Source of the DNA: Babesia bigemina
Taxonomy: Eukaryota
Direction: 5' to 3'
NCBI RefSeq assembly: GCF_000981445.1
Contig: NC_027218.1
Span: 3,100,001-3,164,000, forward strand
Length of the DNA: 64,000 bases
Positions 46,516-59,500 of the stretch are shown here, one piece after another. The notes under the pieces were generated by a model. That model worked only from the letters and a program-made list of their open reading frames with translations, was not told the origin of the DNA and ran no database searches. Positions within the stretch are counted from its first letter, which is position 1; each line of letters opens with the position of its first letter. Position numbers and translations under genes: made by a program.

Positions 46516-49500
46516 TCATTGAATAACAAGTTGACCGATAGGGTCTTCGTCGAAGTAGTCGATGTCGTAGAGCGAGGGCATTTTCGTGCCGTCCGTGAGT
46601 AACGCCTTGACATCGATGACGTGAGACCCCCTGGAGCGCGTGAAGTGAGATCGTATGCGCAGTACGTCCAGGCGGTAAAGCATCGTGTTAGCGATGAAGA
46701 AGAATGCGGTGGACCAGAGTGTCACGAGGGTGTAGATGAATGGCTCCCGGACTCTGTAGAGGAAATTGTCCATGCAGGTCATAAGCCTTGCGATAGGCTT
46801 GCCGTTGACGATTTCCTGTACCCTGTCGATGACCTGTTGACATGTGAGTGTTGGCTGCGATTTACCCTCCGGCGGCGTGAACCCGTGAGAGTAGAGGAGG
46901 GGCAAGGCAGTGGAACACAGGTGGAGAGATTCGCACTTGGTATGGTCATATTGCTTGAGTTCGTGCAAAAGCTGTTCAACTGACTCCCACAGCCTGTCCG
47001 GCAGGTACACCGCCCAGCTGAGGTAGGTGTGGGCGAAGCTCTGGGAGTACAGGGCGTAGGCCCGGTAGGTGATGGGCGAGCAGTGTGGATGGCAGTTGGA
47101 AGAGTCGCTGCTGCAGCCAACCAGTGTAGACAGAGTGTCGGCATGGTCATGTTTGGAGTTGTGGATGGTGGTGAGAATCTCGGACCCTCGGATGGCCTTG
47201 ACAGCTTGAAGGTCGTGGCGACCAAGATAGTCCCAGTCGGGACAGTCGGCATGTGACTTGGCGAGTGCAGTGCCCAGTGGTGACAATGTATCTAAATACA
47301 TATCATGAAGCGAATTGCCCAAATTGTGGAAGTACGATACGAGCTCCCCTGTCGTCCTCGGCGTCCGCCTGGTGAGGCAGTTGAGGTAGGAGGCCAATGT
47401 CAGCAAGGGGTCACTGCCGCCGCAGCTGGGAGTGAGGATGGAGGAAATGACACTGCCCTGTTGCGATATCTCAGGTAAATCATCCTTCCTGAATCCCATT
47501 CTTACGCGGCTCTTGCGGCACAGGTTGCACGGGTCGAAGGGGTGAGTCTCGAAGTCGGAGTCCCAGCCGTCAGTCAGGAAGGACTGGAGGGGAGATTGTA
47601 CCTTGGCATCACTGCCGTACTCATAGTTTTCCCACCCACCGCTTAGTTTGTCCCGACTACACTGCGACTTCAGAAACTCCAACTGGTAGTGGCAGGCGTA
47701 CACGTAGTCACGCAGCTGGCAGAGGAGAGCGCAGCAATCAGGTTCATCGGATTGGTCAGATGACTTAGGCTTCACAAATCTTGATGACACATTCGCTCTC
47801 CATCGAGGCGCAATGGCGGAGAGCACTGAGTCTGCAAACATGGCGGTAAGCTGGAGGATGTCGAAGACATCTTTGGGCCTGATGTTTGTGTGGTTGATGG
47901 AGAGTGCAAGCTGTGAAGGGTCACTCTGCGAACCACCAAATGCCTTGCTAATACATTGTTCTAGAGTCTTATGATGCTTTTCGTGCTTAATCCCCGCCAG
48001 CCAAGTGAGCATCTCCCGGACGGTGCGCGGTGCCTCGGCGGGTAACAGCTCAGTCTCGGGGATGTCGGTGGAGCCGTGCGTGGGTGTATGGGTTGTCCAG
48101 GGAGCGAGGCACAGTCCAATGTCCGGTCTCTTGATTGCATTTTTATCAAAGTCTTCGGGCGGCGGAATCTGCGGATCCAACAATGGTGGGATGGTGAGAT
48201 TGATAGCGGGAGTGGGTGGGCCTATTGGATCAAGGGGTTGGAGGTTTGGGGGTGGTGGAGGGTCATGTATGTCCAAGTCATAAGTGTCGTTTTGGAGTGT
48301 AGATTTGGGGATGTCTATGAATAACGATTTGGAGATGCCGGCTCCATATGCGTCTTGTATTGAATTTTCAACGTTTTCGTCTTTCGGCGGCGTTGCGATA
48401 TGAAGGGATATATTAGAGGGAATCGGTGCAAATCTTGGTGAAGATAATGCATCATTTTTCTGAAATTCAAATGACAAATTGGCTGGCTTAAATGTAGAAT
48501 CACCGTGCCGAGAACGACTAATTTCAAGCAACACGTTCGATGGCAACGGTTCTAACATATAGTTGGAAAGTCTAATCGGATCGTGAGTTTCCAGTGGAGG
48601 CGTGGTGAAAACGCGAGGATGTATAATTATGTCATCGAAGTCCACGGTCTCGGGAGGCTCATCTGCTTGTGGCTGTGAAACTTGGAAATTTTCGACTCGC
48701 CATAGATCTTTTAGAAAATCTTTTCTGCCTTTGAACTGATCCAATGCATACTTTTCTTCATCTTTCTTCTTCTCTTCTTCTGCAGCTTGTATCGCTTCAT
48801 TAACATTTTCGTTTTCTTGTTCATACTTAGCACGAACAAGTCGCTTAGCTGCCAACTGGTTAGCATATAGCTTGGAGCTTTCCATTTGCTGCTCGTTGAC
48901 TTGAAATTTGTATGGTATGGTATTGCCATCAACAAGGGGAAATAATCGCTCATCATATTGATACGACGGTGAATCAGGTGTATTAGCTATCACATCTCCA
49001 ACAAACGTGTTTGCGAAATCTATGCGTTGCTGCTGCAATCTACGTTTATATTGTTCCATCTCAGCCTGGTATTTACGTTCGGCCTCTATCCTTCTTTGCT
49101 CTTCCAACTTTTTCTGGGCCGACTGTATTTTGCCTTGTTCTAACACCTTTTCTATCCTGTTTACATCGTCATCATACTTTTTTGCACGCTTTCCTTCTTC
49201 GTTTCGCGCCTTTTCCCACCTCTCTTTTGCCTCCTTTTCTTTCTGTTCGAATTCTTTTTTCAGTTGTTCGTCTTCTTCCTTCTCTTTCCGTTTTTGCAAG
49301 GCATATGAGTTGTTGTAGGCACTATTAAACAACTTAATACGGTCTTTCAGCCTTTTTATCTTAATGTCGGAATCGTTTGGTATAACTGTGCCGTCAATAA
49401 AGCCCAACGGCGTTTCTGCAGTGGCATTTCGGTATGCACTCCCAACCCCTTGCACTGGTCTTTCACCACCTGGTTCATAGTAATTACGTCCATTACCAGG

Positions 49501-52500
49501 ATGTTCAACGGTAGTCTGAGAGGTAGGTCTGGGAGCAGTATGGATGGGCTGACTTGAAAGGGTGGCGGTAGTTCTGGATCGTAAATTTTGCTTTCGCCTA
49601 TTTGTTCGTATATTCTTATCAATATCCTGGTTAAGGGATTTCTTATATCCTTTTTCCCAGACATCGTCAAAGTTTGGGTCAGATGGAGTCTTATTCTGAG
49701 GATCCAAATAGCGCATCGGCGGGTTAGATTTCTTGGGATCAAGTACACAAATTTTTGATCCGCCACCAATATCTATGAAGTTCTTAGCACATCGTTTAGA
49801 ATCAACCGACGCAGTTGTCTGATCTTTAGAATTACTTGGTTCCACATCCCTTCCATCGACACCAGAACCAGAGCCAGAATCCTTGCCAGCAGATGTCGTA
49901 GCACTGTCACCTGCACCTGATTTCGACTCTAGACCACTTCCTTGATCAGCACGAGAAGAACCGGCCTCGCCGCCATGGCCCCGACCACTACCGGAAGCAG
50001 AGGCACCAGGTGTACCAGACCTCTCAGATTGAACACTTGAAGGCTGAGTGGCTACAGCATTTGGAGCAGCAACAGTTTGTGAAGCTTGAGCACCACCGCC
50101 ATTTGCACCCTGCCCCTTAGCATCAGGTTGACCAGCGTCACCGGGAACAGAAACACCAGGTGACTGAGGTTCTGGAGATTTAGCAGTTGGAAGCTGAGTG
50201 ATACCATTCTGTGAAGAAGCACCAGGCTGCGTACCTTTATCAACACCGCTCTGCGCAACCTGCCCCTTACCACCCGGTTCACCAGCGTCAGGAGAAGACA
50301 CCGCACCACCATCGTGAACAGAGGCAACAGGTGACCCAGGGCCTAAAGATGTACCACTTGAAGGCTGAGTGGTAACATTCTGTGGTGAGACAGCAGGCTG
50401 TTGACCTTGACTACCACCGCCCGGTGCACCCCGCCCCTTAACGCCTGTTGGACCAGCGTAACCGGGAGACCCCGTACCATGACTGGAACCAGAGGCACCA
50501 GATGACGAAGGGCCTGGAGGTGGAACGCCTGGTGCCTGTGGATGAGCAGGAGATGGTGATGTAGCAGGCTTCTGACTTTCACCACCACCGCCATTTGGAC
50601 CCTTACTCCCGCCACCTGGCTTAACACCGGAGCCAGGGCGTGCAGGAGGACCGGGGGGAGTGGCTGGAGGGGGTTGTGCTGGTTGGGGTGGAGATGGAGA
50701 CTGTTGCTTTTGAACAGTATCTTTAGGCGGAGAAGATTTTGTAGCCCCTGTACCAGGAGGCCCTTTCGGGCCGTCATTACGTTGAGGCCCTGGAGCTCCT
50801 GTACCACCGGGATGCGGAGATGAAGATGTGCCGACTGATGTAGTTCCAGGTTTCGCTCCACTTTGACTAGTATTTTGATCTGTACTTCCTCCAGCATTCT
50901 TAGCTTGGGGCTTCGCAGCCTCAGTCTTGGTGGCCTCCGTTTTAGTGGCAGCAGGCTTACCAGCCTCTGTTTTAGTAGCTTCCGTTTTAGTGGCAGTCGG
51001 CTTCGCCGCCTCGGCTTTGGTGACCACAGGCTTGGCGGCCTCAGTCTTAGTAACCTCGGTTTTGGTGGCGAGGGGTTCTGTTGACTTGGGTTCTGAAGCA
51101 ACTTTCTTTTTCGGCACAACTTCCTTGGGGGACTCTGGAACCTCGTCAGGCGGTTCTTCGGGTTTTGGGGGAACGGCAGCAAGATCTCCACTCTCAGATT
51201 CTCTATCATCCTCATCTTCGTCATCTTCAGACTTCTTGCCCTGGTTTGGAGTTCGAACGGCTATCTTGTTATTATCTACAGTGAAATCAGGCTTGGTGAA
51301 TTTGGTTGTAGGAATAACGGGACCTGCGGAGCTAGTATTTTTGATAATCTTTGGTTTTTTAATTTTCGAAGATTTATTTTTAGTCCTTACGTCTTTACAT
51401 TCTCTACCTTCCAAAATACTTTTAATCTTTATGAGATGGCCGCTAACATCACCTCTGCTAAGTACAGCAATGATTTGTCCCCAAATCGGTTTCAAAGATT
51501 TATATTCCGTACTCATCGTTCCATAGCCAGTGTCGCCAAATATAAAACCGTAAGGGAAAACATATTTTGTAGCGAAAAATCGATGCGATATCATATCGGA
51601 AGTGTAATCCACACGGTTAATTTTGCCTAGATTCTCACGCACGTCCAACAAATGTTTCCGCAACCAATTTGCCGTTGTTTTCGCGAATTCAGCATGGTTA
51701 AGTTTCTCAATGTCGAGAGAGTGACCGGTGTGCGAAAAGGCTTCTTTTTTGAAAAAATTCTGTATTTCTTTTTTAAGCCATCTACATTGCCTTTTTAATT
51801 TCGACCATTCAATACATTTTCCAACCGGAGTTACAGCATTTTTGATTAATGCCTCCTCCTTCGTGCCAGCATCAGCCACAATATGACAAAAGGTTCTCAG
51901 CAATGCCACAGCGTTTCCGGTATTCTGGATCTCAACTTTGGATTTTGTGGATAACATCAAAATGACCAAAATGTCGCGGAAAATATTGTTACCATTCTTG
52001 ATCAAGATTTTTCTAAGGTCCGTAGTCATATCCTGCCCTTGGCTGTAACCATTGTCATAAGCAAGATCACTTTCGCCAGTCGCGAAACCGCCAGGAATTA
52101 CGTCATATGTGTGATTGCCAGTTTGCGCAGTGAGATACTTTTGCAGGCCTCCTCCGTACCTCCACCTCACCCCCTTCCAATCCCACCTCCACGTGTCTAC
52201 CCCTTTATAGTCATCCCTCCACTTTGCTCCTCCCACTCTATCAAACGCATAATCCACATTGTACCACAAATAATACATCGCCGCTAGGAACTTCGGAATG
52301 CATTCTACAAGGGCATTGACGATGTCATCTGGTGAAATAATTCCAAGATTAAGTGTTTTATTTTTAGCGGCATCCCAACTTGTCAATTTTTGATAAAACT
52401 CCAACACATTTTGCAAAAACGCAGACAATTCTGGGACGATTTGATGTCCCATATGCTGACTGTCTTTGTAATTGCCTTTAATACGCCCATGCAGGGCTCT

Positions 52501-52593
52501 TGCCGCCTCTTCTACTCGCTTATCTTTTCTCAACCCCAGCAGAAAACGGAAACAATCCTTAAGTGTCTCAAGCGAAACTCCGTGCCTAGACAT
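46516..52593 (-). CDS. ves-related variant surface antigen, 'ribosome-binding protein 1-like' family, full length (~2025 aa)
   Basis: Starts MSRHGVSLETLKDC. Same N-domain and Cys-rich/TM/tail C-domain as 2-3709. Long Pro/Gly/Ser linker, coiled coil (~48760-49300) and a single TPNQGKKSE. Confidence 0.9.
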   Translation of the reverse strand: MSRHGVSLETLKDCFRFLLGLRKDKRVEEAARALHGRIKGNYKDSQHMGHQIVPELSAFLQNVLEFYQKLTSWDAAKNKTLNLGIISPDDIVNALVECIPKFLAAMYYLWYNVDYAFDRVGGAKWRDDYKGVDTWRWDWKGVRWRYGGGLQKYLTAQTGNHTYDVIPGGFATGESDLAYDNGYSQGQDMTTDLRKILIKNGNNIFRDILVILMLSTKSKVEIQNTGNAVALLRTFCHIVADAGTKEEALIKNAVTPVGKCIEWSKLKRQCRWLKKEIQNFFKKEAFSHTGHSLDIEKLNHAEFAKTTANWLRKHLLDVRENLGKINRVDYTSDMISHRFFATKYVFPYGFIFGDTGYGTMSTEYKSLKPIWGQIIAVLSRGDVSGHLIKIKSILEGRECKDVRTKNKSSKIKKPKIIKNTSSAGPVIPTTKFTKPDFTVDNNKIAVRTPNQGKKSEDDEDEDDRESESGDLAAVPPKPEEPPDEVPESPKEVVPKKKVASEPKSTEPLATKTEVTKTEAAKPVVTKAEAAKPTATKTEATKTEAGKPAATKTEATKTEAAKPQAKNAGGSTDQNTSQSGAKPGTTSVGTSSSPHPGGTGAPGPQRNDGPKGPPGTGATKSSPPKDTVQKQQSPSPPQPAQPPPATPPGPPARPGSGVKPGGGSKGPNGGGGESQKPATSPSPAHPQAPGVPPPGPSSSGASGSSHGTGSPGYAGPTGVKGRGAPGGGSQGQQPAVSPQNVTTQPSSGTSLGPGSPVASVHDGGAVSSPDAGEPGGKGQVAQSGVDKGTQPGASSQNGITQLPTAKSPEPQSPGVSVPGDAGQPDAKGQGANGGGAQASQTVAAPNAVATQPSSVQSERSGTPGASASGSGRGHGGEAGSSRADQGSGLESKSGAGDSATTSAGKDSGSGSGVDGRDVEPSNSKDQTTASVDSKRCAKNFIDIGGGSKICVLDPKKSNPPMRYLDPQNKTPSDPNFDDVWEKGYKKSLNQDIDKNIRTNRRKQNLRSRTTATLSSQPIHTAPRPTSQTTVEHPGNGRNYYEPGGERPVQGVGSAYRNATAETPLGFIDGTVIPNDSDIKIKRLKDRIKLFNSAYNNSYALQKRKEKEEDEQLKKEFEQKEKEAKERWEKARNEEGKRAKKYDDDVNRIEKVLEQGKIQSAQKKLEEQRRIEAERKYQAEMEQYKRRLQQQRIDFANTFVGDVIANTPDSPSYQYDERLFPLVDGNTIPYKFQVNEQQMESSKLYANQLAAKRLVRAKYEQENENVNEAIQAAEEEKKKDEEKYALDQFKGRKDFLKDLWRVENFQVSQPQADEPPETVDFDDIIIHPRVFTTPPLETHDPIRLSNYMLEPLPSNVLLEISRSRHGDSTFKPANLSFEFQKNDALSSPRFAPIPSNISLHIATPPKDENVENSIQDAYGAGISKSLFIDIPKSTLQNDTYDLDIHDPPPPPNLQPLDPIGPPTPAINLTIPPLLDPQIPPPEDFDKNAIKRPDIGLCLAPWTTHTPTHGSTDIPETELLPAEAPRTVREMLTWLAGIKHEKHHKTLEQCISKAFGGSQSDPSQLALSINHTNIRPKDVFDILQLTAMFADSVLSAIAPRWRANVSSRFVKPKSSDQSDEPDCCALLCQLRDYVYACHYQLEFLKSQCSRDKLSGGWENYEYGSDAKVQSPLQSFLTDGWDSDFETHPFDPCNLCRKSRVRMGFRKDDLPEISQQGSVISSILTPSCGGSDPLLTLASYLNCLTRRTPRTTGELVSYFHNLGNSLHDMYLDTLSPLGTALAKSHADCPDWDYLGRHDLQAVKAIRGSEILTTIHNSKHDHADTLSTLVGCSSDSSNCHPHCSPITYRAYALYSQSFAHTYLSWAVYLPDRLWESVEQLLHELKQYDHTKCESLHLCSTALPLLYSHGFTPPEGKSQPTLTCQQVIDRVQEIVNGKPIARLMTCMDNFLYRVREPFIYTLVTLWSTAFFFIANTMLYRLDVLRIRSHFTRSRGSHVIDVKALLTDGTKMPSLYDIDYFDEDPIGQLVIQ
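50910..51070 (-). repeat. Degenerate coding repeat TKTEA(T/A)K(T/P)
   Basis: TKTEVTKTEAAKPVVTKAEAAKPTATKTEATKTEAGKPAATKTEATKTEAAKP; 15-bp-based imperfect units. Confidence 0.85.
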
Positions 52594-53549
52594 CCTGTTC
52601 ACAATCGGTCAAGCAGTACGCCGTCAGGTACACCTTTGCCTGCAAATTTCGACCCTGTGTATCTGAAGTATAGGACTGGCCAAGTCTCTTAGGCGCCTCC
52701 GATCACAACCACACCCTGCCTACCATCTAAATGCTCCACGTATAAGGGCTACAAAGTGAACTGTTGAGTAACAACGGAACGCGTCGTGGCATTACAAACA
52801 ACTGGTCTACGCCGCAGCGTGACATAGGGGAAGGTATGGAGAATACACAGATGACCCCAATTATCTGAGGGACGATGAGGGTGATATGTCCAGACATCCT
52901 CCAGACACTGAACTCGGGTTGCTTATGACTAGGTGAGCTGGAACATAGGGATGACGGCCTGGCAGCTCCCCTCTCCCCGCATTGTGACGTCACCAAGCCG
53001 TCACCCCTGAACATACTGCGACCAATCAAAAAGCTGGCATCAAACCGACCGCCAGGAATACTACAGCCGCGCGTCTTGCACCACGGATATGCCAGTGATA
53101 TAAATGCATGTGAATCTTATTTTTTGCCTTGACATGCGTATCAACAGACATCTCAATCGTGATGTCTCAACTCCACCCAGCATATAACACGCCACATCAC
53201 CGCCGTCTCTACTAGACAGGCTGTTGTTGCCTTCCCGGCCGCCTAGACAGTCTACTGTGGGGTGATATGGGGTTGTAATGTTGGTGATGTCTAAAGTGCG
53301 GCCCACCGACGCCACGCATCACGCCGGCTAGCGTTTGTCACGTTAGACTAGTTGTCTTTAGCGTTCATTACCTATCCACAAATCAAACAAATAGCACACC
53401 ATACCATACAGCTAACAGATGAACAAAAACCTCAACTGATGATATTTATTAATTACTAGCCCATATGATAAACAACGATGCTTCGCAAACTACTGAACGT
53501 ATTGGAATACACCGCCACATATAGAAAGTGATTTACAGCTCAACATACC

Positions 53550-56500
53550 AAAAAAGAGCAAGCGTCCTAAATGGGTTAACTACATTAGACACTCGGTTAG
53601 AAGGTAGGTTAGGCGGTGGGCGGTTAGTTAGTTGGACTGATGTGTTATTGATAAGCTTCGTCAGAGTTACAAGAGGTATGACACGGAGTCGCAGTGATAG
53701 ACCTATTGACTAGAAGACCTTCGAGCAGCGACTGACTGTATCCTCCAGGTGCGGCACTGTGCCGGGACTTTGACACTGTCCGACAATCTCTGCAAGCCGT
53801 TTTACAATGTTGTTCATAACACTGAAAGATAGCTACCGTCTTGAACCGCATCAGATGAGTCATCCGCCCACGATGTCATTTCAGGATTGTCAACGTTTCA
53901 GAGCACTCTTCCGAAAGACTCTGAGAATCCTCATAAAAGCATTATACATAATCTCTGTGCCTCCGCTGCCAGCATTGTAGGTTATCAATATCCTGGAACC
54001 TACGACGGTTCCGGGATTGTATATGGCAACGCCTTGCGTCTGTGCGACGCCATCCTGGCATTCTTGTATGCCGTGTTCAGTGGTGTCCATGGTAACTAGC
54101 CGTACGCTGCTGGTAGAGATGTATTGCATGACGATGTAATTGTGCCGCTTGAATCCCAACTGCGGCGTGGCCACAAGGGGTTTTGTCACGTCATCCCCAA
54201 GGTGGCCACTGGCCTGCGGGACTATAACGCCGCTGTCAAGGCTTCAAACGAAAGAGTCAAGAAGCCGATTGAAACTGTGTTGGAATACGTGAAAGCAGAT
54301 GGTGAGTTGTGTAGAGGTATAAATGATTTGCAGATAACGGAAACATCTACGCCAGCTGAAGATGAGAGAACTGTGGAGTCCGCTGTCTCCCTGGTGGAGG
54401 AGTGCAAAGAGGTTGCCAGGGTCTTCTCTAGAAGCTTGACGGCGGCCACAAATGCCATAAATGACCTGAACCCCAAGCTGAAGAGAAAGTTTTAGAACGC
54501 CAGGAGAAGCTTTTTCAACCACGTTGACTGGCTGAGCAGGTGGTCCAAGAAGGGGCAGAAAAAGAGGTTGGACAACATGATACAGAGAATCAAGAGTGGG
54601 CTTAAAAGGCTGGCATACGCCGTCAAGGACAGAATTCGACAAGAAGTGCATACGGTTGTCGAGTTGTTGAAGAAACGTGTCAGCGAGGTTAAAATGAAGT
54701 TGGAAGGTATTACTGCCAGTCTGGAGAAATATGTCAAGGAACTGGGGACGTGGATGGATGAGGCGAAAGAGTATATTAATGCAGTGAAAAAGTATGTTGA
54801 AGAGATAATGAAGCAACTTGATGGGGAGAATAGAAAGAAGATTGACAAGGCCGCCGCGGACATTGATAGTGTGCTTAGTGAGAAAGTTGGGGAGTTGAAT
54901 AAGTGGATTGAGACTGCTGAAGATATTCGCCAGAAAGCTGAGAGCACGGCAAAGGAAGCGTACGATAAGTTGCAAGTTCATGAGGAGCTTAGCAAGAATG
55001 TTAAGAAGATTGTGGATGCTAAAAATAAGATAGACGAAGTTAGCAAGCATGTTACCGGCCAGCTTGGGAGTCTGCAGCAGTGGAATGAGAAGGCTAAGGG
55101 TGTGGTTGACGGGGCTATAAAAAAGGCGCAGGAAGTTCATGATGAATTGCAAAGTGCTGTCGTCCAGAAAGTTGAAGGAATTGGTCAAGATAGTAATGCA
55201 ATTAAAGCTGCGAGTGAGAATCTCGGAAAGGAAGTTGAGGATTTGGGGAAGTGGAAAAATGCCGTCAGTAATGTCATCGTCAAGGCAGACAAGAAGTGTG
55301 ATGAGATACTCAAGAAAGTTAAAACATCAAATGACGGCACTATTTTCACGCAAGCTAAAGAGTTACAAGACAAGGGCAAGCAACTTTTGACTGCCGCTAG
55401 TGAGGCTAAGCAGAAAGTTGAGCAGAGAATCAAGGATGCGTTGGAGGCTGTAAAGGCCATGGACGCAGATCTCAAGAGGGATTTAAAGGAGGTAAAGGAT
55501 AAGATCAAGGAAGGGATTAAAGATGTGATGAGTGAGTTGAAGGTGGGTGATTTGGGTAAAGAGGTCGAAAAGGATTTGAAGGAGTTGAGGGAGAGGATTG
55601 AGGGGCTTAACAAAGGTGATAATCTTGTTAATGATAAAGTGAAGGTGCTTAAAGAGGAGCATGAAAAGGTGAAGGAAAAGAGTAGTCAAATTAAGGAGCA
55701 GACGGAGAAAAGGCTTGATAGTAATTTTGAGAGTGCAATCAAGACGCCGCTTGAAAAAAACGTCCAAGCAGTTAAAGATGCCATTGGGAAGCTTTACAAA
55801 ACAATTAATCCGGACGGCGGCGATGCAGGAGGCAAGAAGATTAATGACATCATCGACCATATTAAAGATAAAGTTGGTAACATCCTGAATGGCGAAAGGT
55901 CGGCAGAAAAGAAAGGTTTGCAGGGTATTGCGAACGGTTTGATGGAGAGCTATGCTGGTGCGTTCAGGCGCAATTTCGGCGGTATAGTTCAGGGGTGGGT
56001 TAGTGACAGTGTTTTAATGTATAATGGCGTGGTATGGGATAGTCTTAAGTGGCAGGGTGATAAGACGCCCAAAGATGTTGCCGGAATCGCTGGCGGAGTG
56101 AAGAGTAAGCTTACCGTAGAAATAAAAGAAGGCGAAAAGGTTTTTCAAAATAGCCGATCCACCGACGCCGGCAGGAAAATAACACAAACCCTCACAGAGG
56201 TCATGAACGCTTGCCAGAAGTTTGCCGATGCGCTGGATGGTAAAATACATCGTAATACACGTGGAAATGTATCTCCCATTATTTCTAAAGTTGAAGGTGT
56301 GTCGGAGTTGAAGCCCGCCCGTGGCCGAAACTCCCTAAAGCCTGCCGAAGCCGTCCTATGCGCACTATCCACCGCATCTCGGCAGGTTAGCAAAGAGATT
56401 GATTCCATCCTACTTGACAAATCAAGGGTGGGGGCCAACAGCAATAAAGCAAGCGTTGCAGAAGAATTAGATAGCGTGATTGACGTAAACACGAAGCTTA

Positions 56501-59500
56501 ATGATAACCTCGTGGCGGACAACTAAACCCTCCGGCTCTAGCGTCGATGGCCCCGAATCCGGCACAGCCCAAGCCGTGGACAAGGCGATCGACCAAGTGA
56601 GGGAGGATGTTAAGGGGATTGACGGTAAATTTGAGAGCGATGTCAAACAACCGCTTGATACAGCAGTCAAAGAGCTGGAAGGCGCCGTTGACACTTTCAA
56701 CGAACAAGCTAAGCAGCAAGTCAAGGATGCGGCCAAGGGGGCGATTGACAAAGCGGCTAACGTGATTAGTACTCAGAGTGGTGAAAGTAAAATTGACTTG
56801 CAGAAAACGATGCCGAATTTCCACAATGCGCACAAGGAGATCACAACAAACCTCAAACCGAAACTTGAAAAATTACTCAATGACCACATTGGGAGGGATG
56901 ACACAAGTGACGGTAAAAAAGACCAAGTAAAGCTGTCTAAGGATTTTAAGAAATATGACAAACAAGTATATATTGGCTCTATAACCGACAAAGTCTATGG
57001 GCCACTCTCACTAGCGATCGAGAAGGTTAGAGATGAGGGGCTGATGGAGATTAATAAGCATGTTGGTAAGAGAAGTGGCGTCGGGCCAGCGATCACAGAT
57101 AAGCAAATAACCGATTCCTTCAAGGCAATAAAGAAGCAGCTTGAAGGGATTGTCGAGTTGGTTAGTGACAGAAGGATCGGGTATCTGGGCGAATCAATAA
57201 ACAACAGTAGTGGGTTGAGAACGTTCTTGAAACAACTTCAAGAAAGTCTCGGCGATAAGCAATTGGGTGATGTGAAAGGCCTTGATGCAATCACAAAGGT
57301 TATTGCAGAGGTGCAAAAAGGGACGTTAGAAGCACAACCCAAGGCAATTGGGGAAGCCGTCACAGCAATTAAGTTAGAGCTTGAAGTGCTTAAGAAGAAA
57401 TTGATAAGCGATAGTGATAGTGACAAGTCTCCTGTCATCAACGCATTGAGGGATTTGAAGAATACTGGTCTGGCTAGTGGAACATGGAACGGCAAGGGTG
57501 GCAGTCCAGTAGATGGTCTTAAGAAAATCCAGGAGCACCTTAAAGATCAGAATGAAGAATTGCCAAAGCAAACGAAACTCATTGACGCGGCCATTGATGA
57601 TATTAGGTATGAACTGTTTCAGGTCGGAATCAGGTTGAATCACAAAAACGAAACCGACGATGTCATCGACCAATTAGATTGGTTAAGAAGAAAGATTGGT
57701 ATAAGTGACGCGAAACCCGGAAATCTTCTGAAAATAATTAGCGAGATAAGTAGACTTTGGGCTGGAAAATTTAGTGTGAACCCGGATAAAATCGCTCTGA
57801 CCATAAACACAATTAAAGCAAGACTTCAAGGACTTAGAGGTCTGTTGGAAGGTGATCAAGACAATGACGTCATTGCAACGTTGAAAGATTTGAAGGAAGT
57901 TGGCTTAAGTAAGAATTTTTGGAAAAAAAATGAAAACGAGAAAGGCCTTCAGTTAATAGAAAGTTGCCTAAAATATGTACAAACTACGGTGTCACAACAA
58001 CCAAGGGAAATCGAGCTGGGCGTAGAGCAGATTACGAAGGAACTTGAGGGCCTGAGAACTGCGTTGAAAGATAAGCACGGAGATCCTAATAACGACGTGA
58101 TCAATCAACTGGAAATTTTGCAAAAAAATGGGCTTGGTGCCGATGACAACCCTTGGAAAGGTAATGCAAGTGGTCTCGGTAAAATAAGGAGTAAGATTCA
58201 AGGGCAGAATGCGAAGTTGGCTGAGGCAAGTGACAACATTAAACAAGCAACCGAAAGTGTACTGCAAGAGACAGAAACTCTGCTTAAGAGTGCTAAACAC
58301 AAGTTGAGTCCAGATCTTATAGCTGAAGATGGCGTTGTGCAGAATCTGAAAACGTTAGAAGAGATGATAAAGAATAGTGGAGGCATAACCAACAATAATC
58401 TTAAAGACATTTATGATACAATTAGTGGGCTGCAAAACCAAGCTTTTAAAAACAATCCCGAAAATATTGGACAAGCAGAACGAGAAATTGCGAACGGACT
58501 TAGAAAGCTACAAAGTGAGTTGGATGGTCATGTTACCAATCCGTTGAGAGATGTGATACAACAGGGGTTAGGTGGCGGTGACAAATGGAATGGCCATGAT
58601 GCCAAGAGTTTTGATCATATTGAGAGTAACCTTGAAAGGCAACAACGTGTATTGACCGACCAACCCGAAATAATAAGCTCAGGTATGAAGGAGATAACTG
58701 ACGAACTTCAGAGTCTCCGAACCGAGTTGCAGGGCACGGACAGCGACGATCCCGAAAACAGAGGCGTGATCCGTAATTTACAATTTATGACAACTCACAT
58801 TGGTGGAAGTGATAAAGAAGGCATTAAGAAAATTAAGCGTGAAATGGAGTCCCTCAAGAACGACCAGGGCAAAGACATTACCAAACATCTTAACATCATG
58901 TCCAGTGCAATCACCAACGCAGCTGGAAACCTAGCTTGGAATCTGGGTGAGCTGGAGAATTCGCATATCGACGGCAAGCTCAAAGGCATACAAGATGGTC
59001 TCGACAACCTCCGACTCACCGAGCTGGCCGAAGCCATCAGGTTGTGCGACGACTTTCTCAGGGATGCCGACGAGATAGAAAGGAACACCATCGCCGACCA
59101 TTGGAAGCACGTCGACGATGAGGTGGACGACGGCATCAAGGAACTCACCAAGGAGGCCCGTAGGCTGTACGTGGACTCGGTGCGGGAGGCGTTGGAATTG
59201 TTTGCCAAGAAGGTCACTGAGGATTTGGAGCAGCTGCAAAATGAGATAAACAGGGATAGGTACGTGGGCTACAAAGGGTTCATGAGGTACTTGCAAGGAC
59301 CGCTGAGCTCCGATCTAACAGGTGACGAACAGAGCGTCGCAGAATTGTCATCCGCCTTCCAGGAGGTGTTCGAGCAAATAAAGAAGTATGTCGCAGGGGA
59401 AATCACCAGGCTGCACGATGAGCAGAACAAGGAGAAGAATCCCTCTTTGCCACCAACCGAAGAGCCATATACGCCTAAGCTCAACGATGTATATGAAGTG

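Noticed and set aside
54097..54495. Programmed TAG readthrough or recoding
   Set aside because: A frameshift and a decayed 5' end occur in the same gene. TAG is one change from CAG/GAG, so pseudogenisation is simpler.
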